Shown: piece after piece, positions 1-12,310 of the stretch | Position numbering within the stretch: the first letter of the stretch is position 1 | Layout: the number at the start of each line of letters is the position of its first letter | Source of the DNA: Mobula hypostoma | Taxonomy: Eukaryota | Direction of reading: 5' to 3' | Length of the DNA: 64,000 nt | Assembly: GCF_963921235.1 (NCBI RefSeq) | Contig: NC_086097.1 | Location: 115,508,001-115,572,000, forward strand | Made by a program: the position numbers and the translations under genes | Notes under the pieces: model-generated | What the model was told of the DNA's origin: nothing | The model's input: only the letters and a program-made list of their open reading frames with translations | Databases searched by the model: none

Positions 1-463
1 TGCTGGAATTTCGAGCAACACACATAACGATGGCTTGAACATTGACTTCTCAAACTTCCGCTAATGCCCTACCTTCCCCTCGTACCCCATCCATTATTTA
101 TTTATATATACACATTCTTTTTCCCTCTCTCCTTTTCTCCCTCTGTCCCCCTCACTGTACCCCTTGCCCATCCTCTGGGCTTTTTCCCCCCTCCCCCTTT
201 TCTTTCTCCCTAGGCCTCCTCTCCCATGATCCTCTCATATCCCTTTTGCCAATCAACTGTCCAGCTCTTGGCTCCATCCCTCTCCCCCCTGTCTTCTCCT
301 ATCATTTCAGATCTCCCCCTCCCACTCCCACTTTCAAATCTCTTACTAGCTCTTCTTTCAGTTAGTCCTGACGAAGGGTCTCGGCCCGAAACGTCGACTG
401 TACCTCTTCCTAGAGATGCTGCCTGGCCTGCTGCGTTCACCAGCAACTGTTATGTGTGTTGCT
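1..463 (+). mobile_element. Penelope-like element 3' fragment with an inverted tail piece at its 5' side
   Basis: Pyrimidine-rich tail nearly identical to the reverse complement of 39200-39650, a copy that carries GIY-YIG sequence. Hammerhead motif at 363-400. Bases 1-27 are the reverse complement of the tail end (ttatgtgtgttgct at about 450-463). Confidence 0.85.
363..400 (+). ncRNA. Minimal PLE-type hammerhead ribozyme motif
   Basis: TAGTC-CTGACGA-A-GGG(TCTCGG)CCC-GAAA-CGT-C-GACTG: stem I, CUGANGA, stem II, GAAA, palindromic ACGT as minimal stem III, and a GUC cleavage triplet. Confidence 0.8.
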
Positions 464-924
464 GATAATGGCTGACTGGTATAACAGCAATTACAATGAC
501 ACCAGCCTGTACTTTCCAATTTACAAGATAATTTGTCTGGAACTGTTTGATTTAAGGAGCAGTAACTTGTGCTTGATCAGATATGCTGAATGTATATTAT
601 AGTAGTCTGTGTACATTTTTGTTCTGCTTCTGGAAATCTCTTCTAGTGATTTTGGACTGCATTATCTGATTATGAATGGCAGCAACTATAAAGACAGTGG
701 TTGAGCAGCAGAGGTGTCGATTTAAGGGTGGACAGCAAATGTGTGCTTCATTCAGTAAGAGGCCACCCACAGGGTGGTTGTCCCTATCCCTAATTCCTAA
801 CCTGATCCCTTAGTCACCTCTGTGTCTCCAAAAGCAATCCTAAGAACCCCCAAAACACTAATAAACAACTAAGTCTGAACTGCTGCCTATTTCTTGACCT
901 AGTGTACCTCACTGCAGTACTTAC

Positions 925-977
925 AAAACAACCCCGGCATCCGGAATGCGATCTAAAACTGGAAGCTTCAGAGCCAT
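925..977 (-). CDS. il1b: Candidate first coding exon of interleukin-1 beta (MALKLPVLDRIPDAGVV-); gene continues toward lower coordinates
   Basis: Strong Kozak GACATGG with an in-frame upstream stop. 17 codons plus 2 nt, then a consensus donor GTAAGT (924-919). The peptide resembles tetrapod pro-IL-1beta N-termini (MA-x-x-P-x-L-x-x-IP-x-x-G), and IL1B exon 2 is likewise a short ATG exon ending in phase 2. The identity rests on only 17 aa. Confidence 0.5.
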
Positions 978-1019
978 GTCCCACAGATAGCAGATAGTGA
1001 TAGCTATTCAAATATTACC

Positions 1020-1920
1020 TAAACACACTTCATGACCCTCTCTAACACAACGATCTTCTCTGACACACTTCATAACCCTCTCTAACACAATGATCCCCTC
1101 TATCACACTTTATAATCCTCTCTAACACACTTAATGACTCTTTCTAACACAATGATCCTCTCTATCACATTTCACGACTCTCTCTAACACACCATGACCC
1201 TCTCTATCACACTTCATGACACTCTGTCACACAATGACCCTATCTAATGCACTTCATGACCCACCCTAACACACTTCACGACCTTCTGTATCGCACTTCA
1301 CGACTCTCTCTAGCACACTACGTGACCCTCTCTAACACACCATGACCCTCTCTAATGCACTTCATGACCCTCTGTAACACACAATGACCCTATCTGACAC
1401 ACTTCATGATCCTCTCTAATGCACCATGACTCTCTCTATCACACTTCACGACTCTCTGTAACACACAATGACCCTCTCTAACACACTTCATGACCCTCTC
1501 TAACACACTTCACGACCCTCTCTAACACACTTCATAACCCTTTCAAACACACTTCACGACCCTGTTTAACACACTTCATGACCCTCTCTAACACACTTCA
1601 CGACCCTCTCTAACACACTTCATAACCCTTTCAAACACACTTCACGACCCTGTTTAACACACTTCATGACCCTCTCTAACACACTTCATGACCCTCTCTA
1701 ATGCACCATGACTCTCTCTATCACACTTCACGACTCTCTGTAACACACAATGACCCTCTCTAACACACTTCATGACCCTCTCTAACACACTTCACGACCC
1801 TCTCTAACACACTTCATGACCCTTTCAAACACACTTCACGACCCCGTTTAACACACTTCATGACACTCTCTCACACAATGACCCTCTCTAACACACTTCA
1901 TGACCCTCTCTAACACTCAT
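1020..1920. repeat. Minisatellite with a ~22-bp unit (ACACACTTCATGACCCTCTCTA) and ~19-20-bp variants
   Basis: Directly visible tandem array with higher-order block duplications. Confidence 0.95.
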
Positions 1921-2189
1921 GCTCTGTCAAGGACATTTAATCATTCAAATTACCACTCTAACTCTTGCAGAGGTGTACTGGAGAAACCAACATGGGCATT
2001 CTACAATTTTCAGGACTATATGCTGTTTAGTTATTGTAACAATGCAATGTTCATGCAATTTCTTATTGTTCCTTTACTAATCAAAATACAAAAATAATGT
2101 TGGAAACATTCAAAAGATCAGGCAAAATCTGTAGAAAGAGAAAGAGATGCGGCAGGGTAGTTAGCAGTTGGCATGACCAACTTGGGAGT

Positions 2190-5100
2190 GTTGAAGTTCC
2201 CATAGCATTTGTATCATGTCCTTTACTGCTGTAGAGAAAATACTGCAGACAGATTGACAGAGAAGCCTTGAGTCTGCTTTGGGGTGTAAAATGTCTCAAC
2301 TAGTAGTTGTATGCAAGAGAGTTTACTCTCGTTACTGATCATCAACCACTAGCATCCATTTTAAATCTGTAGAAAGGTGCTCCATTAACAGCAACAGCAT
2401 GAATGTAGAGATAAGCTCTGTTTCTTGGAAGACACAATTACATGGTCAAATTCAAGAGGACAACTAATCATGGAAATGCTGGTAGATTGTCCTGATTTCC
2501 CTTGGAAAAGGAAATACCTGAAACATTTACAAAACAGAAGATTCCTCTTGATGTATTCTCTTAATACAAATGGACAGTCTCCCTGTTTGTCATACGGGGG
2601 CGGGGTGGGGGGGTTGGGTGCTGGTGGCAGACCCAAATGCAAGACACAGACACTGAAGAACTAGGAACAGGACTTGACTAGAGAGTTGGGTTAGGGATGT
2701 GACTGGATGCAGACTAGGCGCTGGGACAACAACACAGGCTTGGGCTAGGACATTGGCTAGGCAAGTGGGACCAGGCCAAGGAACAGGGAACTAGGAGCCT
2801 GGACTTAGACTCTGAGCCAAAGACTGGACAAGGACCCAGAACCTAGGACTTGACTCGGGCTTGGACTCTGGAACTAGGCGAAGACATGACGTGGTCTTGG
2901 GAGACAGGACAGGAACATAGAGCCTTGGTCTAGAGCACGGGAACACGGATCCTTGGACTTGAGAGACAGGAATGCAGGGACATGGAACGCAGAGCCGGGA
3001 CCTCACCTTGGGAACAGGACTAGGGCCAGGACTCGTACACGGAACACAAAGCCAGAACCCCTCCTTGGAAACAGGACTTGTGGCCAGAGCACACACAGAA
3101 TGCTGAACACAATGAGATGGTTCCCGACACTAGGTAGCGGCAAACGGCCGGACCTACCTAGCGAAAGCATGGACACAGAGATGGTTCCTAACAGTGGGTA
3201 GCGGAAAACGACCGGACCTACCTAATGAAGGTGTGGACACAGAGACAGTTCAAAACAACAATAGACAGTTCCTTATCTTGACACAGCAAGGCTCCGGTCT
3301 TGCTTCGGCAGTAGAACTTGACAAGGTTGCAGGGCAATGCTCTAGGCGCAGGTTGCAGGCAAGGCTCCAGAAGGAAGGGAAAGGTAAGGGAACAGTCCAG
3401 TCTCAGGGTAACAGCAAAGATGGCCCGGGTTACCCAACAGAGGCAAGGACAGGAAGGGATAGATCCAACCGCAGGGTAATGGCAAAGAAGGCCTGGCTTA
3501 CCCCTTGGGGGCAAGGATGGGATACTGACGAGACAAACCAGCAATCACACTCGATCCCAGGGCCACCTCTATTCCCAGCCCCAAGACGAGCATCAAGTGC
3601 CTATGATTAAGTCCAACTGAAACAAGGGACAGCTGGAAGACCTGTTGTCTGTGGTCCACGGACCGGACCATGAACCAGAAAGTGGACTTCACGGAACGGA
3701 CCATGACACTGTTATGGCAGAGTTTATCCAAAAGGAAACCAGAAGAGACTTCACTCGCTCTCAGATCTACATGGCCACCTATAATGGCTGGAATGTGCAG
3801 CAGAAGCTCCAGTTCCCCCATTTTTATCAGCACTGGGATGAACTTGCCTTTGATGGGGGTTGCCTTATGAGGGGATTGAGTGTTGTTGTACCATCCAAGC
3901 TGAGAGCGAAAGTGTTGGAGGAGCGAAGCACTTGTCACCTAGGCATGGTTAAAATGAAAAAGATGGCTCAAATTTTGTCTGGTGGCCTGCGATAGATTAG
4001 CAAATCGAGCAGCTGGCCTGTGCAGGATGCAAATATATTCAGAAGGTGCCAGGAGAAGTGCCTCTCCATCCCTGGGAATGGCCTGCATTGCCCTGGCATA
4101 AGATTCATGTAGATTTTTCCAGGCCACTCCTGGGCACAGATTTCTTGGTAATAGTGGATACATCCACAAACTGGCTGGAAGTGTTCCCAATAGCCTCCAC
4201 TGCAGCTTCACATACTGTTAATGTGTTGAAAAGCCTCTTCTCTGGAACTGGTTTTTCAGTGATAATAAACTGGTCTTTCAGTTTGTTTGAGAACAGTTTC
4301 AGTCATTCCTGAAAATGCAAGGAATAAGACATATTACTTCTGCACCGTACCATCCAGCTACAAATGGCTTGGTGGAAAGGTTTTCCCAGAGTCTAAAGAA
4401 CGCACTGTGGGCAATGCCAGAATACACTACACACTACACTGACACTGTATTAGAAGTTCATCAGTTTCCTCCTTGCATTTCACAATGCAGCACACTCCAC
4501 AACGAAGCACTCACCAACTCACCAGCTATGCTGATCCTGGGTCATCCCGTGTGCTCAGGCTTGAATCTCCTCAAACACAATATCGGAAGGATTATGCAGG
4601 ACAAACAGCTGCGACAAACTGAGGACTTCTCAAACAAGGAGGCTTGATATTTCACTCCTGGACAAGCAAACCTGGTGAAGAACTACAGAAGTGTTCATAA
4701 AAGTGGGATCTTGGAAAGATTAAGGACAGAACTGGACCACTCTTTGACACAGTGGAGATTGCGTCTGATGTCATCTGGAGGCAATACTTCGATAAGTTGA
4801 AGAGACCAGAGTCAATTGCCAGAGAAGAAAGGTGGCCAGAGCTGTCCGAACCACTTCTTGCAGTTCCGGAGTCAAATCCTACAACCACCACAGAGCAGGC
4901 CCAGAACCTGAGATTGTTTCACACCCACAAGTCTCACCGACCAAGCAGAGTGATCCCCCTTGACAGGAAAGACGTTATCCCACAAGAGTAAGATAGACTC
5001 CATAGCAATTAAATCTTTAGGTCTGAATGGGACAATTTAAAATTTACTATGCTGTGCATGTCTATACAGTAGTTGAACTATATATATGTATATAAAAGTT

Positions 5101-5333
5101 GAGATGCCATTCTATATTGAGTTGGAGTTTATAGCTAAGAAGGGAGGAGTGTTGTGTATTTAATATTTTGAGTAAGCAATCTTCACTTATTTAAATATTT
5201 TTGGTTATATGTAAAATATGTGAATAACATGCACACCTCGCTTAAAGTGAAAATGAAACTCAGATATTTTATTCCCAGCTTTGTGCTTTTGTTTTCAATA
5301 TTTTAATGTTTGGAGTTACAAAACATAAATAAC
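2190..5333 (+). mobile_element. 5'-truncated Ty3/gypsy relic (RNase H, integrase, PPT, 3' LTR at about 5150-5333), interrupted by a solo LTR
   Basis: RNase H-like ...FTLVTDHQPL. Integrase motifs HLGMVKMK, PLHPWEWP..PWHKIHVDF and SAPYHPATNGLVER. Purine tract AAGAAGGGAGGAG directly before TG at 5150. Many stops and frameshifts. Confidence 0.9.
2588..3708 (-). mobile_element. Solo LTR, probably sushi-related
   Basis: TGTCA...TGACA termini and 5-bp TSD CTGTT (2583-2587 / 3709-3713). Removing it restores the host pol frame QMDSLPV|MAEFIQKETRRD. Homologous to 20629-21697 in the opposite orientation. Confidence 0.9.
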
Positions 5334-6129
5334 TCTGTACCAGACAGTGATACAACTGATTAGAATGCTCTCCACAGTACATCTGTAGAAATTGGCTGGA
5401 GTCATTGGTGGCATACCAAACTGACATACTACATCTGATGCTCTCAGGTATTTCTTCATGTCACATGGACTGAACTGATATTGATGGAAACCAGCTTCTG
5501 TGATGGGGGAGGTGTCAGAAGGAACCCAGGTTTGATCATTCATTCAGCAGTTCTGTCTGAACATTGCCATAAAGGCATTGCTATATTGGATGGATGCTCC
5601 ACAGAAGGTCAGGAGCAAGTTCAGCTCCACGGAGCTGTGAGGCAGCAACACCATCCTTTGGCCCAGCCTGGAGAAGTTGAACTTAGGGAAGAAATGGTTA
5701 AAAGTTCTTCCCTGGTCCTTACTTTCAAATGTGCAATATAAGATTGACACCATGTTGTATTCCACATCTGAAACATTGCGTAAAATGTGCTCAGAGAGAC
5801 TTTTCAGTGCAGTTAGGTAGGCCTGGTACTGAATCTGGCATGCTCTTTTGCTTTGCTCTTTATCTCTGAGCTTGATAGTAATGGTAGTGTGAGAGGTATG
5901 GGACTACAATTTGGTTAGTGTATATTCATTTTGCAACTGATTGTTCACAGTGTCTTATGGATGCAATAAATTTACATTTGGGTTGCCAGGATAGAATATT
6001 ATAAATTAGTCCAACATTTTGCAGTTTTTTTTTCAATTTAATTCTGAGGCTCAAGGTTGTTATAGCCAGGAGTGCTAGCGGTGTCAAGCTCCCACTTCCT
6101 ATTAAATGTTCCCAATGGTGTGTGGTTCT

Positions 6130-6600
6130 GACAACCAAGTCCAGTTCCAGGCCTTCACGTGTGGCCTAGCTACTAGAACTGTTTCAACAGACAGGAGAAG
6201 GGGCAAAGGTGGGCTACTGGCACCTCAAAACCAGTTGGTTTGGGCAGATGGGGCTCATTGGCAGCTCATCTAGGAGGAGGGAAACTCTGATCTCAAACCT
6301 GCACTGCCTTACAGCTACACCCAGTCATGGGCGAGGCTTTGGGAGTAATCATTGAGAGAAAGTCTGGAGCTTGAATACTTAAGACAGTCCTACATTGAGT
6401 TCAACACTGATTGGAAATTCCTACGACTCTGCTGGTACCAAACTATATGGGTCTCTGCCATTCCTTTGAGTTCATCGGATGCGTGGAGAGGGGGGGCCTG
6501 CTACATGGGCAACAGCTTTCTCTACTTGTACTCCTGCTTGCATATCTAGACGCTAGGTCACAACTTCCATGGTCAACCCAGACCGACAGAGGCCTCATCA
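6130..6600 (+). mobile_element. Probable RTE-clade 5'UTR-derived non-autonomous element
   Basis: The motif CATCTAGGAGGAGGGAAACTCTGATCTCAAACC...CCCAGTCATGG..AGGCTT.GGGAGTAA resembles vertebrate RTE 5' regions as I recall them. No ORF. Confidence 0.45.
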
Positions 6601-8034
6601 TTCTGCGGCTCACTGAGGTGATCTTTTTATTGTCACTGTTCTACCATCTCTATGTTAAGTGATTCCATTCACTTCATTATTTGCTTTTTATAATTACAGT
6701 ATGTATCACCTCAGTCCAAAACCTCTTCTGTTTCAACCGTATAATGATCTTGCATAATTCTCAGTTTTCATCTAAAGAGTTACGTCTAAAATGTGAACCT
6801 ACCTTTTCTGTTTGCACTTGCTGACAGAACGCGTGAACTTCCAGCATGTTTCTGTTTAATCTCACATTCTCAGCTTTTCCACTGAACAGTAATGTAATTG
6901 CTACACAGCAAAAGCGATTACACTACTTAAGTGGCTGTAAAGTGTTTTGAGGCAACCTGAGGTCATGAAACATTCTGTATATATGCATTTTTCTTGTTTT
7001 ATTTCTATGCTTGCATGTTTTCTTTTTATTTAACTGTAAATCAATTTAATTCTCAGTCCAAATACAGTGTTTTTATCTTAATTTCTGAATTTTGTAGTCA
7101 GTTCCAATGCTGCATACATCTAGATACTGTAATTTGATTCAATGATGATAATATATTTAGCAAAATATACAACAGAATCCTACTCAACCCATCTGTACTA
7201 CTGTTTATATTCCCCTCATACTTTTTGTCCCTTCTCACAGTCTTTAACATCGCTTTCTACCCCCATTGTTCTGAAATTCTTAATCCGTTTTTGTGAAGTT
7301 ATCATCTGCTTCTTGTCAGAGTCAAAGTCAGATACTGCCATTCCGTGTTCATGCAAAACATCCAGTACCTATCTGTACTAATCCCATTTATTGACATTAT
7401 TGTCTTGGCAATTCAAATGTTCACCAGATGCCTCTTGAATGTGAGTGTGAGCTACCTGTCTCCACCAGCTTCTCTGGCAGTATGTTCCAGCTTGCTGCCA
7501 GCCTTGGGATAAAAAAGACCCAAAGACTCAAAGTACATTTATTATCAAAGTGTTCAACCCTGAATTTAAATCTTTCCATGGAAATCACAAAACAAAGAAA
7601 ACCATGGAACCCATTCAAAGAAAAACATCAAACCCCCAATGCACAAAATAAAAGAACAGATTGCACAAGCAGCAAAAAAGAAAAGTGATAAACACAGAAT
7701 ACAAAACACTAAACCATCAAAAGTCATCAATAGAGTCCAGGCGTATTCAGTTCATCTGAGTTCAACCCAATCCTGAGCTGTGTCTTCACTATCAGCAGGC
7801 CGCGGTGCCAGCCTGCCCCAATCAAAATCACACCAAGTAGCAAAAAAACAGTGATCAGAATCCAGAAGCACATCATAACGTGAACTACGGAGTCCAATCT
7901 ACAAATTGCGTCGATTAAACCTTGTCCAAGACCCAGAACTCCGGCACTATCCACTGGCAGCATCAAGCGAGAGGGAGAGAGAGATCATTCAAACGCAGGG
8001 ACCTTCTTCCAGGGGCAGCAGGTGGCGGGGGGGG

Positions 8035-8037
<3 letters not shown>

Positions 8038-8072
<35 letters not shown>
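8038..8072. repeat. (GA)n microsatellite following a G run
   Basis: Direct. Confidence 0.95.
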
Positions 8073-8076
<4 letters not shown>

Positions 8077-10599
8077 AATATGCAGACACCTTCCTCCAGC
8101 AACAGCATGTGAGTGGAAGAGAGGGCCCGGTCACCGGCAGGTAGTCGATGCAGAACAGCCGTCTGCCTTCTGTTCTCATCCACTTTGGTTTCAATCTTTC
8201 TCAATGCTTTAATCAGCGAGATCAGCGAGAATGGAGGCCCAAGCTTTTTGGCCTCAAGGCCACGCACTTTGATCAAAACCTCACTGAACTTCCTCAGAGA
8301 CAGCAAACTGCCAGATAGCTCAAATGATCTGAAAACACTGCACCATATCCTTCAAAATCTCTGACACCAAACTCTAAACCAACGCCCTCTGGTCTTAAAC
8401 ACTCACATTTTATTATGCTTCAGATCCTAAAGAATCTCTGAGTGATTTTCCTTATTTTCTTCGTGGATTTCTTCATAACAATCGTGGGTTTCAGCCCCAG
8501 AGTGGGGTTATCCTACAGGTACAAAGACCTTTTCCACATCAAACCTCTGTAACTAACCCACAAATGTAAATACTCTTAGATAATCTCAAAATTTTCTCTT
8601 ATTTCAAAACAGGAAAACCAAGTCGATCAAATTTTCCTCCTAGCGTAATCTTTCTTTTCATGCTTGCAGCTTTTTAGTGGTGCTTTGGAAGAGCACATGT
8701 TTCTTTTAAAATTCACACTCATATCATATCAGATACCTATCAAATGTTCACTCTTACAGCATAAGAAGTATATTGCCTCCTTGCGGGCAGGGTTTTGCTG
8801 CTATGTAAAATCTGTATTTCTGTCTAAGCTAATCCCCTGTGCTACAGTGGTATTTTCCACACTCAGAATCTGACTTTTAGGGCTATGTTTCCACTATGCA
8901 ATATCCACCCAAGCCATAACATGATGACATGATGAGATGTTATTCATGGCTCTTCTAACAAGAACAACCATGAATAACTTGCACGGGAAATTTGTAATTT
9001 TGCAAGTATGTAAATACATTAGAATGACATAATGTAAAAATATGTAAAATAATGGCAGGTTTATGTTGTTAAACAAGTGAAGAAATATTTGGTGCCAGAT
9101 GCACTTTGCCACATCCATCCTATTTACTTTATATCTTGCTCAGCTTCTAATTAATTAAAACATAACTTTGTAATTTTCTGTTTGATGACTTGCTGCACGC
9201 CTGCTGTTTTCCATGTCTCTACCTCATTATCACCCGGCAGTCACAGGAATAGTGATCTCCCCAAACAATATCAGTGAAATATTTACTGTCTACAAAAGTT
9301 GTAAGATTGCTCCTTATTTATGGTGCAATTTATGGGAGTGGGCAGGTTAAATGGTCTGGCATGGATTAGATGGGCCAAAGGGCTTGTTTCTGTGCTGTAA
9401 TTTTCCATGACTCTGGGACTCTAATTTCAATAATAGAATCACCTCTGTAGTTTTTTAATCAATTATCATCTTATTGGTTCTTTAATCAATAATTGATCTT
9501 TAATCATTTATCACCTGTGACTTTTAATGCTCCATTGGCTTTAAATATGAGGACAGTAAAGTATCTGGCAAACATGCCAAGGTGATGGTATTGGGTCACC
9601 ATCCACAAAGCCCTAAACTCAAAAGGAGATTTTAAGCCCTATATAATTTTTACAATTACCCTCAGTATTGGGAGGTCGTATTCTATCAACTTACACTTCA
9701 AAGACCAACTTACTTCCCAGTCTAGTCTTTGCAGTGAGGTCTAGTTGCTAATACCCACTTCTTGAGTGGTGGATTCTCTCTTCCTACTAAGGAGGAGATA
9801 CCTCCAGCTCACAAATGAGTTTAAGCACAGTTTATTTCAAATGATGCACATTTAAATTCAGATAAATAGTTCTTAACACACATTTAAAACTCACAGAGGA
9901 GTTCTAACTTATAAACGATTTCCAAATCCCAAAAGATTTATAAATTACAAAGGATTTTCAAACACAGGTACAAAATCTTACAAACTAAAAGAACATACCA
10001 ACGAGTCACAGATGAATGGGTCATCTGTTGCAGAAAGTGAAAGGTTGAGGAATGAATTCTCGTTCCCTTTTCTGTCACCCCCATCTTTCTGTCATTCTCT
10101 TGCCATTCCTAACAAGCCCCAAATGCTATCTAATATTTATACAGCTTTGTTACTAGATGACATTATTTGCATGTGATGTTTTTCAGATACCTTTGCTGGG
10201 ATAAATTAATTCACGCAGATAGTCTAAAAGCTTCTGGGGATGGCCAAAATTAATGCTGTGAAAGCTGATTCTCGTAGTACACAAATATCCTAACACTTGC
10301 ATGATCATACCTGTGACCATGTCAAGTGCCAAAATAAATCTGGTCTAGAACCTTCCTTGATGTAAATAACTTAGCTGTCATTACTTGGTTTGATGGAGAT
10401 CGATTAGCATAACTCTATTGTCTTATATGTGAATATTGGTTAGAAGTCACAAACAACTCTCACACTTTAGAAAGGTTGTGCTGCTGTGCTAACAGGCAGA
10501 GGTTAGCAATAATCCTCTCTGACCCTGGAAAGGTAATTTCCATCACACCAATAGTACAAAATTGATTAAAACTGGAAATGATTTTACAACCTCTGGTCA

Positions 10600-11320
10600 C
10601 AAGTGCAGTTTCCCCTGAAGAAAATGGAAGTAGGCCAGCAGGTCCGACCGAAATGCAAAAGCTCTAGGCATACACTCATAACCATTCTGCTGCTGAATGT
10701 TTCGTCTCTGGAAAATAAAATTAAAGACCTCAGAGAATGCTTGCATTGCCTGAGGGACACCAGGGACAGCTGTGTACTTTGCTTCACGGAAACAAATTAT
10801 ACCCCACCATTTTCAATGCAGCGCTGCAGCTCAACAACTTCACCAATCCCAACAAAGGCAGAGGAGAAGTCAGTCTTTAAAGTTAGAGGAAGTGGAGCAT
10901 GCTTTATGCTTAACTCATCATGGTGCACAGGCATCGCAGTTCTATCTCAGTTCTACTCACCTTACCTGAAACTTCTAGCAGTCAAATGTTGTCCAGTTTA
11001 TCTGTGAAGGGGGTTTCCACCACCATTGTGGTAGTGGTTTACACTCCACCTCAGACTGACATCAGGCGGGCACTGGAGGATCTGAGCAACGTATTCAGCA
11101 GTCAAGAAACTGCACACATTGATGTCTTCCCTTTCATTGTAGGAGATTTCAACCTGGCAAGCTTGAAGAAGTCTATGAACAGCCACTACTAACATATCTC
11201 CTGTGGAACCAGAAGAGCCAACACACGTGACCACCGTTATATCACCATCAAGAACACATATAGTGCCATCTCGCACCCACAATGTCAAAGGTCTGATCAC
11301 CTGGCTGTGCTTCTACTGAA
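10600..11320 (+). mobile_element. Rex1/Babar LINE AP-endonuclease fragment
   Basis: ILLLNVSSLENK, CVLCFTET, VYTPP, FIVGDFN and SDHLAVLL motifs; frameshifted. Confidence 0.8.
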
Positions 11321-12057
11321 AAAGAGAGTGGGCCATGGGAAAAAGAGGAGGAGGGGCACTAGGGCTGAACTATGTATGTTCTGTAACATACATTTAAATG
11401 ATAAATTATTCTGTAAAATTTTGAATGAGCAGTTCTTTATATTCCAGTAATTATAAAACAGTTATGGAAGTTAATGCTATCAACTGTGATATGCTGATTC
11501 CTGTATGCTAATTGCCGAATGTATCTTCAGTTTCACTGATATCTCCCCTCTCCCATCCCACACCCTTGATATCACAGCAGCTTCTTGTCCGATGCAACTC
11601 ATCAATCTCAACATGAAATAAAAATGCATCGGATACAAATGCTTTCATTGTTGTGATGCTAGTTGGTTCTCTGATATTGATGCTTACTGCTTACGATGCT
11701 TACATTTATATGAATGATAAAGATCAGTTTTATTTGTGACATGTGCATTGAAACATCGAAATATGCAGTGAAATGTGTCGCATGCATCAAATCAATTAGG
11801 CGAGGAGTGTGCCGGGGCAGCCTGCAAGTATCCCGACAGAGTATGCCCACAACTCACTAATTCTGACCTGTATGTCTTTAGAATGTGGGAGGAATCTGGA
11901 GTGCCTGGAGGACTACCGATGTACTAACAAGAAGAATGTAGAAAACTCCTTACAGGAAACATCAGGAAATGAATTCTGATCGGTGATCACTGGTGCATTA
12001 CAGCATTTTGTTACATCTATGCAACTTTTCACTCCATGTGATATGTAGAACCTTTAC

Positions 12058-12310
12058 TTTTCCTGGTTTTCCTGAAACCTGCAATGTAATAACCAAATGC
12101 TGCAGTGCCTTTTTTTTAGAACTCTGAAGAATGAAAGGAATAAGTCAGAATCTCCACAAGCATTCAGGTGTGCAGCTTGAACCAATTTAGGGAAAGTCCT
12201 TTTATAATACAGGGAAGCCACAATTCTGAATTGGAAATAATGGACAATCTCATGGAAGGACTTTGGCAGATTGTCACAGTCATTAAAGTCTGTTTCCACA
12301 GAAATTCCTA
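12058..12310 (-). promoter_or_regulatory. Candidate TATA promoter and non-coding first exon (about 12175-12058) for the il1b-like gene
   Basis: TATAAAAG at 12206-12199. kB-like GGACTTTCCC at 12199-12190 and GGAATTTC at 12308-12301. ETS core GGAAG at 12213-12217. C/EBP-like TTGGAAAT at 12231-12238. Donor AA|GTAAAG at 12057-12052. Non-repetitive island. Confidence 0.4.

Noticed and set aside
1020..1920. CRISPR-like periodicity
   Set aside because: No unique spacers and the context is eukaryotic; it is a plain minisatellite.
8424..8518. Apparent + strand exon (DPKESLSDFPYFLRG...) with AG/GT ends
   Set aside because: The reverse complement of 8400-8780 resembles a decayed CR1 3' end, and there are no partner exons on the + strand.
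9580..10465. Possible long solo LTR
   Set aside because: A polyA-like signal is present, but no matching termini or TSD could be fixed.
12054..12299. 81-aa minus-strand ORF
   Set aside because: No recognisable domain. It spans the TATA motif cluster and is better explained as promoter and UTR.
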